From Eledone cirrhosa (taxonomy: Eukaryota): a stretch of 64,000 bases of DNA. The stretch covers positions 68,076,001 through 68,140,000 of the forward strand of contig OZ024744.1 in NCBI GenBank assembly GCA_964016885.1. Direction: 5' to 3'. Positions 22,621 to 36,514 of the stretch are shown here, one piece after another; position 1 is the stretch's first letter; every line of letters begins with the position of its first letter. The notes beneath the pieces are model-generated. The model was not told where the DNA came from. It searched no databases and was given only the letters and a program-made list of their open reading frames with translations. The position numbers and the translations under genes are program-made.

Positions 22621-25600
22621 CAACAACAACAGCAACAACAGCAGCAGCAACAGCAACAACAACAACAACAACAACGGTGGCGGTGGTCATAGTACCAGCA
22701 GCAACAACAAAAGTAACAGCAGCTCTGACGACAACAACAAGAAAGAAAAACCAATCTCGTTTCTAGGTATCGCAAAGAACCTGGAAACCATCCTTATAAC
22801 AAATGAGGAATTACAGGAAGCAAGGAAGATGGTGACGAAAACCGGACACCGAGCAATCTGCAAGGCTCCGAAGAATTTTTCGAAACCCAACAGCACTGTA
22901 CCGGTCACGTACCGTACAGTAAGCACAAAATCCCGTAGGGTTGAAAGAGCCACAGAGGCTCAAATACAAAAAGCCTTAGGGTCTGTGTGGCAGCGCAAAC
23001 GCATATCACCCGAGGCAAGAAATATGCCACCGTGGACGTGCTTTTTGCCACACCCAAGGAGGCAAAGGCTCAATCCTTAGTGACCCTAAGGAGCGTGGGA
23101 ATGGTGTTGGTGCCCTCCTACTGCGGGCAAAAAATTGTGAGGGTCAAACTGACCCACGTTCCCCCAGGGATGACCCCTTCTTGGCTGGCCGCGTCTGTCC
23201 TCGTCGGAATCGAGGACAAAACAACTGTACTGCAAGTACAGAAAAAAGTACGAGAAGATTGGGTCGGCACCTCCATTGAGATATTAATCCAAACCAACTA
23301 GGAGTGCATCAAAGCTATCACGGATGTGATAGACTTCGATAACGGCACTCAACTACCCATAAGTGTTGAGGGCAAACGCTGGAAATGTTTTCGCTGTGGA
23401 TCGAAGACTCACCTCAGGGCCTTCTGCAATGAGAAGACCCTGAGAAAGGAGAAGACGCCCTCCTTCCGAAACCGGCTCCACTGCTACCAGCAACAGGACA
23501 AGCGGCAAGCAGGAAGGATAGGTCCGTGGCACCCATACCCACGCCACGGAAATCAAGAACAGCAGCAGCAGTGGAAGTATTAACAACAACAACAGTAATA
23601 CCAACTGCAGCTGCAACAGAAACTCCACTGCAATCTTCACCAACAACAACAGAATCGCACATGGAGTGTGAGGTGGGAGAGGTATAGCAAAAGGTCGCAA
23701 GAAGGCACAAACGCAGAAGCAGCGCATCGTCCCCTTCGAAAAGGGAGGAAAGAAATGAAAAAAGGGTAAAGGCTACTGCAAAGAGACTTACAGCAGCAAC
23801 ACCACCAACACCATCACCACCCACACTAACACCACCATCACCACCGGCGGCAACCCCACCGCAAACAACAAAAAAATCTTCAACACCACCACCACAAGCA
23901 CCAACATCGCAAACACAACAACAAAACACACACACCCAGCAACAACGACAAGAAAATAGCAGAACCACATCCCACCCCGAGAAAGAGAAATGCGCAGCAA
24001 TAAATACACACAATAAGAAACTAATGACTTACATAATTGAACACACAGACATTTCACAGCACAACTACATAATACCAGCACCAATCAAAACTCCTACGAA
24101 CATAAGACTGGTAAGAATAGCACAGAAACAATACACAAACATTAAAACGAAATTCCCCAACGCAGTTGGTGATTTCAGAGACCTAGGAGGGACACTCGAC
24201 CGGAGAGTATATTCGGATATACTCACAGAAGAGCCGACGACCAGCCGACCAAGTGAAAAGGGATGGAGAAACCATCCTTCCTCTACGAGAAGTAAGGTAA
24301 GTGGTCTTTCTCATCTTTTCCATTCCATTTCAACATGACCTCACTCAGAATAGGCCGCATAAATGCGCGAGGCTTGGGGTCATCATGGAAGCAGGGCCAC
24401 CTGCTCAACGACCTCAGGTCACTAAACATAGATGTAGTGGCCATCAGCGAGACCAGAATCTCCGAAGCACGGGTCTTCGGCGGCTACGATGTGTACGCAT
24501 CTCCCAGCCGTCCTGGATCGGGGGGAAGGAGTTGCTGTGCTTTTTCGGAGAGGTTTGGATCTCGCCATACGGGCCATCTTCCTGGACCCAGAAGGTAAGT
24601 TGGTGGTGCTAGACGTGACTGGCGGGGACGGGAAAGCTTTCAGGCTAGTGGCCGTCTATGCCTCGACAGGAGCAGGGCGGCCTGATTTCTTCCGGCGTCT
24701 GTAGACCTTTCTAGGAACGTCCCGCTCTTTAGTGTTAGTGGGCGACTGGAGCGGGATCTTAGATGCACGCTGGGACTGTGTGGGATTAGCGGATAGGGAA
24801 GGAGGGTGCAAGAGCCTCACCTACCTGCTCAGACGTTTTGAACTGTCTGACAGGTACCGATTGGAATTCCCGAATGTGCTAATGTGGACTTGGACAAACC
24901 GCATCGGGTCATCCAGATCATATCTAGATAGAGTATTTTGTAGGGAAATAGATAGGTCTAGCATATGCTGTCCACAATTCAAGATAGTCAGCCACAAATT
25001 CGTGATCTGTGTGCTTGACTTAGATAGGCTTCATAGACGAGGACCCGGCTACTGGAAGCTAAACGAGTCCTTATCAGCGCGCAAAGCCTAGAGAGACCGG
25101 ATTAGCGAACTAGTTAAGCGAGTGTTGACGGGGGCCATCGTCAACAACAAGTGGTGGTTTGCTCTGAAAAGAGCGATTAGAATAGAGTCCATTAGGTTTA
25201 GTAAGACTTTAGCTATAGAGAAAAATAGAGCAGAGGGAGAACTAGTTAGAAAATTAGACGAGGCGCTTAGCAAAGGCATCGCGACCGATGTACTTGCGGC
25301 GAAATTGGCCCATGACCAATTCTACAATGCAAAGCACGAAAGCTGCGTTGTCAGAGCTAGGGTGCGTTCTCTCAGACACGAGGGGACGAAAGCCGTTCAA
25401 TGGGCCCGAGTGGCGGAGGCGCGTCGTGGCAACAAAGCCCCGATCCACCTTTGGTGGACCACGACGGGCGCATGCTACTCGATCCCGAGCAAATGTGTGA
25501 AGCTTTTCAGCGACACTTCGCACAGCAGTTCGGGGGCAGCGGCGGGCCAGATCGAGGGATGGACTTTAGTGTCTACCTCGACGGACTGCCACGGCACTCG

Positions 25601-27916
25601 GCCACTGAGGCGGAGTGTTGCGAAAATCCGATAACAGCCGCTGAAGTAAGGGAGGCAATGACTGGCTGCACAAGGGGTAAATCGCCTGGTTTGGATGGTC
25701 TGCCCTATGAACTTTACGTACAGATGCCAGACTTGTTCGGAGGCCTCTTGGCGGACGTCTACTGTAACTGGCAACAGAACGGGAGAATTCCCAGGTCTGT
25801 GAGCCGAGGCGCGGTAGCGCTGCTGAGAAAGGATCCGAACAAGGAGGATAACAGATAATTTCAGGCCCATAACTCTGCTAAACACAGAGTTCAAGATTTT
25901 GGCCAAGGTGCTAGCAAAGAGGTTGGCGCTTGTCGTTAGTGGTCTGGTGGGAGAGGCGCAGACATGCGCCATTCCCGACAGATCCATCCACGACAACCTA
26001 CACCTCATGCGATACATCGTAGAGAGGGTAGCTAGGGAACCTGGCACGGGTGGGTCCTTGATCAATTTAGATCAGTCGAAAGCTTTCGATAGGGTCGACC
26101 ATCGTTACCTAGCGGCAGACCTGAAGGCGGCTGGCTTTGGGCCCGTCTTCAGAGGCTGGATCGCTGCCATGCACAGCAACATCTGCTCTGTGGTGAGAGT
26201 GAACGGTCACCTTTCGGAACCGTTTAACATCATGCGCTCGGTCCGCCAAGGATGTCCCCTCTCGTCCCTCTTGTACGTATTGACTCTCGAGCCATTACTG
26301 CACAAACTGGAGACGTTGAGGGGGGGGGGTGTCCTGCGCGAACTAGGATGCGGAAGATTCGTGTCAGCATATACGGACGATGTCACCGTAGTGGTGTCGA
26401 ACGCCAAACACATCGAGGCGATCGGCACTACACTAAGAGAATACGAAGCGGTGACAGGAGCAGTGATCAACCAGGAAAAGTCAGTGGGCCTGCAGCTCGG
26501 CACCTGGAGAGGCAGGTCCATGCCGTCCAACAGCGTCGTCGGGCGCTGGACGGACGGACTGGTTAAATTGCTAGGCGTCTGGTTTGGTCCGGACCTCCAG
26601 ACGGACAAAAACTGGGACGAGGTGACGAGCAGGGTGGCTTCTCTCACCCAGAAATGGGCGGAGAGGAAGCTATCCCTGAAAGGTCGAGCGGAGGTGGCTA
26701 ACGCGAACATCGCGTCCATCATCTACTACTGCCTAACCGTCGTACCTTGTCCTAAGCCTCGCCTGACTGCGCTGGAGCGTTGGCTCTTTCGCTTTTTGTG
26801 GGAGGGACACGCTCCGATGATCAGGCGATCCATCTGCTGTCAACACCCGCTATGTGGAGGGCTGGACATGCCGTGGCAGATGATGCGCAGACACGCGCTC
26901 AGGCTACGACATCTCCACCTCTTTCTCGACGGTGATCAGGTATGGTCGCCGTTTGCTAGACCCGTCTTTCCCCAGCTCGTCTCCTTGACAGAGCTGCAGT
27001 CCTGGGTCAAGCGAAGACCGAGAGGGAGCGCTTGGAGACTGGAATGTCTTCAGGCACTCACAGCCCACGACCAATCGGGCAATGTGATCGGTGGAAACTC
27101 CACCTTGGCGTTCTATAGAGGATTAGTGGAGTGGAAGAGCGACGACGTACTTGGAGAAACTCTAGGCGTCGATGAAAATCAACTAGCCAATCTCTTCGGA
27201 AGTACTTTCGGGCCGGGGCCTATGGACAACTTCCAGAAATCCCTGGCCTGGCAGTGCTACCGAGGAGCTTTGCCAGTTCGGGATAAACTCTACAGGCATG
27301 GAGGTGCCGTCAGCCGGGCATGTCCGAGATGCGCGCAGGGCGACGAAACCGTCCTGCACGCACTCGTCCAGTGTCCGAGCATTGCTGACTTGTGGGTTTA
27401 TGTCGAACACCTGCTGTCACGTGTAGGACGGATCCAGCTATCAGCTGAGTCCATTGTGAGGATTGCCCCGCCCTCTTCCTTTAGCCGGGAAGGGCAGGCA
27501 GTTTTTATCTGTCTGGTGGCCATGGCGAAAGAGATAGTATGGTGGACACGTTTGAAAGGGCTGAAGACGAGCACTTACCTCTTCGGTGATGCCCTGATTA
27601 ACTTTTTCAAATTTCATTTGAAAAGGAAAATCAGGGTAGAGAGGGAAGTGCTCTGTTCCCAGCATTTTGTTGAAAGATGGGTGAGAGAAGCAAGTATGGC
27701 CCGAGTGAATGGGCTTTCTCTACAAATGTCCCTCGGAAGTCTCTCCCCTATTGGGGAATTTTTCATTGTTATTTTTTCTTACATCCTCTGCTTTTGTTTT
27801 TTTACACGCAGAAATGCCCATTTGTACCGTCCTGTACTGTCCTTAATGTCTACTTTATGTAAACCCTTGTGGTTAATAAAGAAGGCATTATTATTATTAC
27901 TATTATTATTATTATT
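22002..27916 (+). mobile_element. Tx1/L1-clade LINE, full length (copy C), head-to-tail with copy B
   Basis: Same 5' start GAATGCCATGG immediately after copy B's (ATT)n tail; own (ATT)n tail at 27887-27916. Confidence 0.95.
22217..24300 (+). pseudogene. Tx1 ORF1, disrupted
   Basis: Homologous to 16323-18406, with an expanded (CAG/CAA)n tract, a frameshift at ~22998, a stop at 23299 and further lesions. Confidence 0.88.
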
Positions 27917-27953
27917 GACTTTGTCTTTCATCCTTACGGGGTCGATAAAATAA
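24335..27953 (+). pseudogene. Tx1 ORF2, disrupted 5' half; RT half open (25899-27953)
   Basis: Stops at 24702 and 25089, frameshifts at ~24520, 25447 and 25853. YTDD replaces YADD. The natural stop is lost through a 92-bp deletion, so the frame reads into the tail. Confidence 0.93.
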
Positions 27954-28024
27954 AGTACCAGTAATGCATTGGGTAATTGCTGGCCTTGTGCCTATAGTAG
28001 AAACAATTATTATTATTATTATTA
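27917..28024 (+). mobile_element. SINE 3' half with (ATT)n tail, abutting copy C
   Basis: CTTTCATCCTTACGGGGTCGATAAAATAAAGTACCAG...GGCCTTGTGCCTATAGTAGAAACAATTATT. Confidence 0.85.
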
Positions 28025-28883
28025 ACATTTCTCCCAATTAGGAAATAAAAATTCAATGTTTCGATGCCATTCACACCAGTCTTTAGCAACTCTGTGCCTT
28101 GCTTCATGTAACATACATTTCTTTCAGTTCACCTTCAGTTGTTCTACAGCAAGTGGCTATATAGGCTTCCACTTTCCAGCTGGTATCCATCTTAATGCTT
28201 ACTACCTTTGGTGTCCCTTCTTTTGTTCTATTCTGAGTGTATAGCATAGCCAATCTGAACTGCCAATATTCTCTTTCAGGAAACATTATTTACGGTCAGT
28301 TTTCTGAAAGAAGTTCCTAGATTGACATTTTGTTTAGATTTAATTTATCAATTTGAGGAAAAAGCATTAAATCCAGACTATCAAAAAATGATTTACTTAT
28401 GCTGAGTGACATGTTTAGCTCACCCGTGGCAGATTTTGGGTTGGTTTCTAAAGCTGGTGGCCCTTCCTAACGTCAACCACCAGTGTGTGCTTGGTGCTTT
28501 TTGCCATGTCATCGACACGACCACATTACAGTTTGAACTGGGCACTTTTTGTTGTGTCGCTGACATGACCACTTTACAGTGGGGACTGGGCATTTTTGTC
28601 TTGGGACTAGGGGGGGGGGAGACCTTGTGGAAATTGTGGCGGACGTAGATAATAGGGGAGGGATGGTTACTGCAAAGGGAGGTGTATGGGAGGGGAGAAT
28701 GTTGAGGAAGGTGTTACCTACTAGGTATAAGCCTCATCCCAAGAATAATAGAGGATAGGTCTTCTGTAATACTGCATAGCGCCAGAAGTCACAGTCCTGT
28801 GTCATTGTGAGGTGTAATTGTGTAAGGCCTGCCCACACTGCGACTACCATCAACTTTGAGCGCTCTGCACCTTTTTATACAGC

Positions 28884-28958
28884 TGTCATCCTTGTATGTA
28901 TGTTCCCGTAATTATTGATAGAATCAGTAGTTACGGGAACATACATACAAGGATGACA
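28884..28958. repeat. 75-bp near-perfect inverted repeat
   Basis: 36-bp arms with 2 mismatches, a 3-nt loop and flanking TACAGC direct repeats. Confidence 0.9.
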
Positions 28959-28989
28959 TACAGCGTTTCTTAAACATTTTAAACCTTGT

Positions 28990-29200
28990 GGAGCCCATCC
29001 CTTTCCAGGCCTGAGTACATCAGATTTCTTCCAGAGGAGGAATCAACCCTAGTACAGTACTAGACTGGTACTTTTTTTTATCGACCTCAAAAGGATGAAA
29101 GGCAAAGTTGACCACGGCGGGATTTGAATTCACCGAGCAGAGAGCCGGAACGAACACTATAAGGCATTCTATCTGACGTTCCTACGACTTTACCAATTCA
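28990..29200 (-). mobile_element. tRNA-derived SINE (same central block, different tail)
   Basis: ACTGGTACTTTTTTTATCGACC..AGGATGAAAGGCAAAGTTGACCACGGCGGGATTTGAA. Confidence 0.7.
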
Positions 29201-29580
29201 CATATATATATATGTGTGCATATACATTTGTTTTTGCATGTATGTGTATATATATATATGTGTGTGTGAGAGTATGTATTTGTATGAGTGTGCGTATAGT
29301 GTTGAATGTATTAAGGAGCGACTATTAAAGGTTGATGTCAGCTATAAAACATTGCCCCAAAAAGTCCAGTCAAACCCACATCAACATGGAAAATTGATGT
29401 AAAAACAATGATGATATATGTGTGTGTATATATATATATATAATCATCATCATTTTACACCTGCTTTTTCTGCTTGCAAGAGTGGGCTGGGTCCTCTTCA
29501 GCACAGCATCTCCCCATTTGTCACAGTTTTTCATCTCCTCTGAGCTTAAGCGATCTGATGTCACATATATGTGTGTGTGG

Positions 29581-29627
<47 letters not shown>

Positions 29628-29629
29628 CA

Positions 29630-30920
29630 AATAAAACTAATGGGCCAAGGTATGAAAGTGATGGAAAGAGTTATAGCACAACTAATTAGAGAGTCAAATT
29701 AGACGAAAGGTATTTTGGTTTCATGCCTGGAAAAAGTACTACAGATGCCCTCTTTTTAGTGCAGCAGCTACAAGAGAAGTTCTTAAACAAAAATAAACCA
29801 CTATATCTAGCTTTCGTTAACCTAGAAAATGCGTTTGACAGAGTACTCTAATCTTATTATCTGGTGTAGAAGAATGGTTGGTGAGAGCAATGCAAGCCAT
29901 GTACAGAGGATCTGTCAGCAAAGTGAGAGTAGGAAATGAGTTTAATGAGGAATTTAAGGTACCAGTAGGAGTTTATCAAGGTTTGGTTCTTAGCCCACAA
30001 CTATTCATTATAGTTCTCCAGGCAATAACAAAGGAGTTAAAGACCAGCTGTCCATGGGAACTTCTCTATGCAGATGAACTGGTCCTTATAGCCAAATTCA
30101 TTAAAGACCTTGAAAAATGTTGACAATGGAAACAGAATTTATAATGAAAAGACTTAAGAGTAAACTTAACCAAAACTAAAGTGCTAGTGAGTGGGAGAGA
30201 CGATAGGACACTGATTCCTTCAGGAAAGTGGTTCTGCTTAATATGTAGAAAGTCATAAACTCCATTTGATGTACCTAATGTAACTCTTGGGTACACAAGA
30301 GATGTAGTGGATAACAAGTAAGCTAACAGGAAGGGAAGGCTTTGCTTGTAGAAGATGCACAAGGGAAACCAAAGGGAAGATAACTAGTGATGTAAGCCTA
30401 TTTCAGTCACAGGAAGGACCTATAGAAGTGGTGGATAGCTTCTGCTATCTAGGCAACATAATTAGCAATGGGGGAGGGTGCTCTGAGAGTATAATAGCTA
30501 AAATAAGGATAGGATAGAAAAAATTCAGAGAGCTACTTCCACTGTTGACCACAAAAGGTTTCTCCCTACATACATAAGGACAATTGTATGATGCCAGTGT
30601 GTGAAGTGAGGTGCTGCATGGTAGTGAAACAAGGGCTGTGACCAAAGTGGACATGTGTAGACTGGAGAGAAATGAAGCAACAATGTGCAATGTAAGTGTG
30701 AGAGAGAGGCAGAGCTTGGATGAGTTGAAGGATTAGAGGTGGTATGCAGGATAGAAGACTGTGTTGGTTTGGACATGTGATACACGTGGACAATAATTGT
30801 TGGGTGAAGTGCCAGTGGAAGGAAGTTGCGGTAGTGGTAGACCAAGAAAAATCTGGGCAGAGGTTGTGAAGACTGATCTCAAATCATTGAGACAATGACA
30901 AAGGAAGGCGATGAGTGAGA
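29630..30920 (+). mobile_element. RTE-clade LINE, 3' fragment, decayed
   Basis: FGFMPGKSTTDALF, LAFVNLENAFDRV, GVYQGLVLSP, LLYADELVL, a Cys-rich insert (WVHKRCSG), FCYLG, WFGHV. Confidence 0.85.
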
Positions 30921-31105
30921 AAGTAAATGAAGTACATAACTATGGTTATTGTCAATCATGTGGAATAAAGCAATCTTAACTCCTTATATTACAGATGATT
31001 TGGCAGCAGTAGGATATTCAGAGCTGTAAAAAGAATATTCTAAGATATAAAACATCTCATCCTTGCATGCATAGATACGTGTATGTAAAGCAGCAAATAT
31101 ATTTA

Positions 31106-31445
31106 TATGAGGGTTAGTAAAAAAAAAAATTATACACACTTTTGCTATATCATATCTTTAGATTTGTCACAGTTTTCTGCTCATGCGTGCTTATAGTTGA
31201 TACTATTGTGATCACATGATTGAAGTTTGAGTTTAATCACACCAGTTTTTTTTTGCTGTTGTTACAGTGTAAACATGGCAGCTCTGCTAGCAATATGCAC
31301 CAGAATGTTTCCACTCCATACTCTGTATTTTTGATTATGGCTCATAGTGATCGACCCACGTTTCATTTCTTGTAACTATTCTGCTAAAAAATTCTTTGCT
31401 TTCATTGTTGTAGCTTTCAAGTAAATATTGGCAGACCTTCTAAGG
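31106..31445. mobile_element. mariner relic: 5' end on + strand joined to an inverted transposase fragment
   Basis: TA-TGAGGG end and ATGGCAGCTCTGCTAGCAATATGCACC start on +. Minus strand 31310-31440 reads FFSRIVTRNETWVDHYEP*SKIQSMEWK, the mariner IVTGDETW motif region. Confidence 0.75.
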
Positions 31446-32274
31446 TCACAATAAGAGGTACATCCTCTTTCCACCTTTCCCAATCATCAGCTTTCTCCTC
31501 AATTCCACCATCCACCTTCCTGTGTGTTCTTTGATATTAAAATACCATCGAAGTTCTAGTCTTCTTCTTACGTCTGTTTTGTGTTGGAGAAGTTATCCAT
31601 AGATGGCTATATTCACAAGAGGTAGGGTGTCATGGTATATGGATCAGACTTTCATTTTCTGCCAACTGATCAAAGAGTTTCATAATTTAGCCCCCCCCCC
31701 CCCCCCCCCTCAACTGTCAGTTTCCTTTTCACACTGGTTGCCATTGAGACCTCTGAATGGTGTCCTTCGTCCCCACAGTGCCAATTTCCTCCACAAAATC
31801 AGAAAAATCCCGTTGCAGTAAGTGTCAATGGCCACTCTCTGCAGCAATACCTTTGCCATTTTATCTGCAGGACATGCCCAAATCACTGCTCAGACTGAGT
31901 TGTAAAGTCTGTCCCTATCTTTCCTTCATTGCTTTTTGTCTCATTTAAGTATTATTAATTTTCTTATGGTAAATATTATATATTATAGTTTCTATCAACT
32001 TGTCCATGGGAAACATCTTTCTATAACATTTTATTTCAAGTCTTTTTTCTCACTATCAACAATCAATGTCAATGATTCAGAGTGAAAAGTTGAAATCATA
32101 ATTGATTTTAATATATATATATATATATCTGTTGTGCTCAAATTTTTGCCATTAATGTACTGGTTGGATTCCCTTCCTATCACCAGCACTGCTTTATAGC
32201 ATGGACTGGATGCTTTTATTCGTGCCACCAGCACTAGAGAGCTTGTCTTACAGGACTCAGGGGCCCTCTCCACC

Positions 32275-32348
<74 letters not shown>

Positions 32349-35300
32349 CTTCTAACTGTTAATGACAGAAAAAAAATGTAAGTCAAAGATAAACAAATAA
32401 ATAATGATAAAAAGAATACCAAGTTCGAAAAAAGTATATGGATTTTTTTTATTTCATATAGTTTGTCCATTTTTATTTTATTATTATTTTTTTTAAAAAC
32501 AAATTGTCTTAAAAATCGGGAGTTCATTGACAGTGAATGGAGAGATTTGTCTGTATTTCTGAAGATTAGATGATATACATGCTGGCTTAATTTTTTAAAA
32601 TAACAAGAAAAAAAAAAAAGAAAAGAAAAAAATGACAAAATCAGAGATGAAAAAATTCTAAAATATTTTACACCTGTGATCATGTTGATGCCAGTTTCAT
32701 TACCATTTTTTTCTGTGTTATTGTTGTTGTTGTTCCTGTTTTCTAAATGTTTTTGTGCTATGTTATTCAGTTTTATATATTTACTTTTTATTGATAATTT
32801 CAGAAATCTGAGAAAAATGTATTTAAAGTACAAAATCAAAATTGTTCTGAGTATCATGATAATTCCCAAGGACAAACATAACATTATATGTATATAAGCA
32901 TGCATATATATATATATATAAACAATTCTACACATTTGAACATAATTACATAATTGTTATTTCTTAAATAATAGAAATAAGATATGGTTATGATTAAAAA
33001 GGGATGGTGAAACAATCAAGCCTTTCCCAAGTAGGGTAAGATTTTTGTATATAAGCGTGGACCTTTCCATGTGGGTGGCGAATCAAGCCAGTTGCTCACC
33101 ACCTTTATAGTTGTAGTAGTAACTCTTCTATCCTATCCTATTCCTTATTATCAGTCATTTTCCTTCAGTAGAATACAGGGCACATCAATGAAGAAGTTAA
33201 AGGCAATAGTATTTTCTACATGTGTTATCTCATAGAATGTCAACACCAATTCAGTTCAATATATAATAAAACTACATTGCCTGGACCAGACATGCTTTTA
33301 GCAGAGCCCATTCTATTGCAAGAATTCAAGTCATTTTTCTCCAGTCAAAGAAGGATCACTTCCTTGACTCCTCCCACTAATCATGGAGGCCATGAAAATG
33401 CTCATTGATCCTGCCATAAAAAGAACACAAACCTATTTCTAAGCTATGGTTATCTTATACTATAGAATATATTTTTAAGAGTATGTTCCTCAAACACACA
33501 CTTGAAGTGTGTTAGTGATGTCTCCACTCACCATATTTCTTTAATAGTTATTGAGAACTTATTTTCAAAGTAGCATTACATAACTTCTATTAACTTCAAA
33601 TTTATGATTTGATACAAGGTATAAATGTAATTAGTTAGTATACAGAGATCTCACTACTATGTTAGAGAAAGCATTAGAAACTTTCCAATGGAGTTGAGAA
33701 AAATGAGCACTTGAAAAAACTCAGCATTAATTTGTACAATGATGGTAACTCAATGAGAGAAACTGAAAACAAGATACAATTTTGCCCTCAACTGCTATGC
33801 TATAAACATATTTAAACATTATTTGGAGATGTAGTTCCATCACAATAAAGTTTAATATGTACATGTTGCTTGTGGCCCATCTTTTATGGGTCTGAGAGCT
33901 GAAAATGGTTGTTAATATCAAAACAGATCCAGTCTTTCAAGTTAAGGTGATTTTTGAAAGCTTTACTTCGTTTCAGATCCAGAAAACGAAGGTAACAAGT
34001 ATTTTAAAAAGTAGATTTTACTACCAATACAGAGAAACAAAATCATTTCTTTAGGAAAGGTAAAGCACTGACTCAGAATTATCATTCAAGGAACAATTCA
34101 AAGCAACTAAAATCTTAAATTTAAACAAATTCAAGTATGTGAGAAAGTCAGTACATCATCTTTAATATCAAGATCTTTTATCAAAAATATTCTGCACAAG
34201 ATTGCCACAAACATCTCATAGTTAACAAATGTATATATTGTTAATATCATTTACCAGTGTTAAAGAACTGGCAACAACTATTCTTTGCTATTTCTCACTA
34301 GTTGCTAGCCAACTTATTCCATCATTTGTACATAGAAATACAAACAAAAACTATTAACAGTACAAGTTTCTCTTTTTATTAGGTAAACATTCTGTCATTG
34401 AAAGGATTAATGGGGCTATGATATAATGCTCCATTTCTGGTTGATTCCAAGAGAAAAGAAAGGAGTAGGGAGGAATTGACCACTGTACTTTGAAAGGCAC
34501 ATTTGACCTTGGTAGAATTTAGAGTGCAGAAAGCCAGAATATATAATACAAGATATTTTATCTGAAGCTCTAATAGCACTGCCTTAGCAATAAACAAGTA
34601 AGATATAAACAACAAAATACATTCTTTGCATTTTTTTTTCTTCTTCACCAGAAATTAGCCAATGTTATAGAACTGAAGGAGGAATTATCATATTAATGGT
34701 TTTAAGTGCCTAACCGGTATCTGGGAGATATGGGATTTAATTCATCATAGCAACTTCTTTTCCCATCTTTTAAGGGTCTTCACCCTATCTTATAGTATCT
34801 CTACACAAGAGCACACCATTTATTATCATATTTTGTTAACTGAGCATACATTTTTCTTAGGCAAATGTCCAAATTTACAAAAGTAATCCAATACAAATTT
34901 TTAACATGGAAAAGAAAATGTGAAATATGAAAAATTGTTCCTGTATATATTATTTTCAAGCTACAATCTGTTTGTTTCATGAATACTGTTAAATACAGAC
35001 AGACATGATCAATCACTTTAATGTTTGACTTACTTACTGAACAAAAATAATTTATGCATCAAGGTCTAGTTGAGCCTTGATTGACCTTAAGGTTTCAAAG
35101 CAAATGCTTTCACAAGAACTGCAATTTGCATATAGTAAGCAAACTTCCAGGAAAAAAAGAAACAAATTAAAATAAAACAGAAAAATTAAACAAACAAAAA
35201 TATAAACATACAAACTTGCGAAAAAAACAAACAAAAAACAATAATACTAATATTTTTTTTAAATGTCATTCCTATCTGTATGGAAGGAATGAATGAAAGT

Positions 35301-36283
35301 AACGGAACCAATGAAATATACAACAAACATGCACATTTTCCCATCCACCCCAAACATATTCTTCCCTTTACCCCATAAGAATTTTTGTTTTATTTTCTTC
35401 TACGGAGATCAGTTATATTTGGAGAGAATAAGATTGTGCAACAAATAACTACTAAACTCATAATTTATCAAAAAATGCTATTTATTTTCATTTTTATTTA
35501 ATTTGCCTTTATTATTATTATGATTATTATTATTTTTATTATTACCATTATTATAATCATTATTATTATTATTATTAAGCTTAGTTAATTTTTTTTACAG
35601 ACCTCATGTATGTCCATTCTTACGTACAAAACAATTTTTTTAGAGTAAAAGCAACTAGATCAATATTTTTTTTATTGCCTCAAGGAAGGAAAAGCAAAAC
35701 TGCTTCCTAACAGAATTCAAACACACACAATAACTAGGTTGAAATTCAAATACTCGTGCACTTCTACTTTTGGTAATTCAGTGCTTTATTCTAAGAATAA
35801 TTATTGGTCCTTATTTAGACACAAAGCCAAATTCTTTTGGTAGATAATGGGAATATAAAACTGAATAATCTCCTTTATATAAAAACTAACTGCCAGCCAT
35901 TCTCATTCATTAATTCAGAAGGAATAATTGGTAAAATTGAACATCAGACGTATAAGGATAAATGATATACATATATACTACAAAGCATTCATTCTATTTT
36001 AGTCTACCTATTTAACAGTCTGTCAACTGAAACATCATTGCAGTAGTAAAATATAGAAAATAGTTGAAGTGGATGTAAAATATAGTTAAAAAAACAACTA
36101 AGGATGAAGCTTTTTTGTGAAACCTACCAGATTTAACAGTGAATGGTGTCAAGGGTATTAGAATTAGATATACTGAAAATATATTCTTATTTCTGAACTT
36201 TTACTTTTAGAGTGTATTCTAAGAAAAAAACCCAGGAGCATCAAGAGAAAAATAGGCAATGATAAAGATACATATACACACAC

Positions 36284-36351
<68 letters not shown>

Positions 36352-36390
36352 CTATCCATCTATATATATGTGTATATCTTTCTCTCTTTA

Positions 36391-36450
<60 letters not shown>

Positions 36451-36514
36451 ATTCATAAGTTTTATGATTTAATTAAATTATTTTTAGGGATATAACAATG
36501 GTAGTAGTAGTAGT

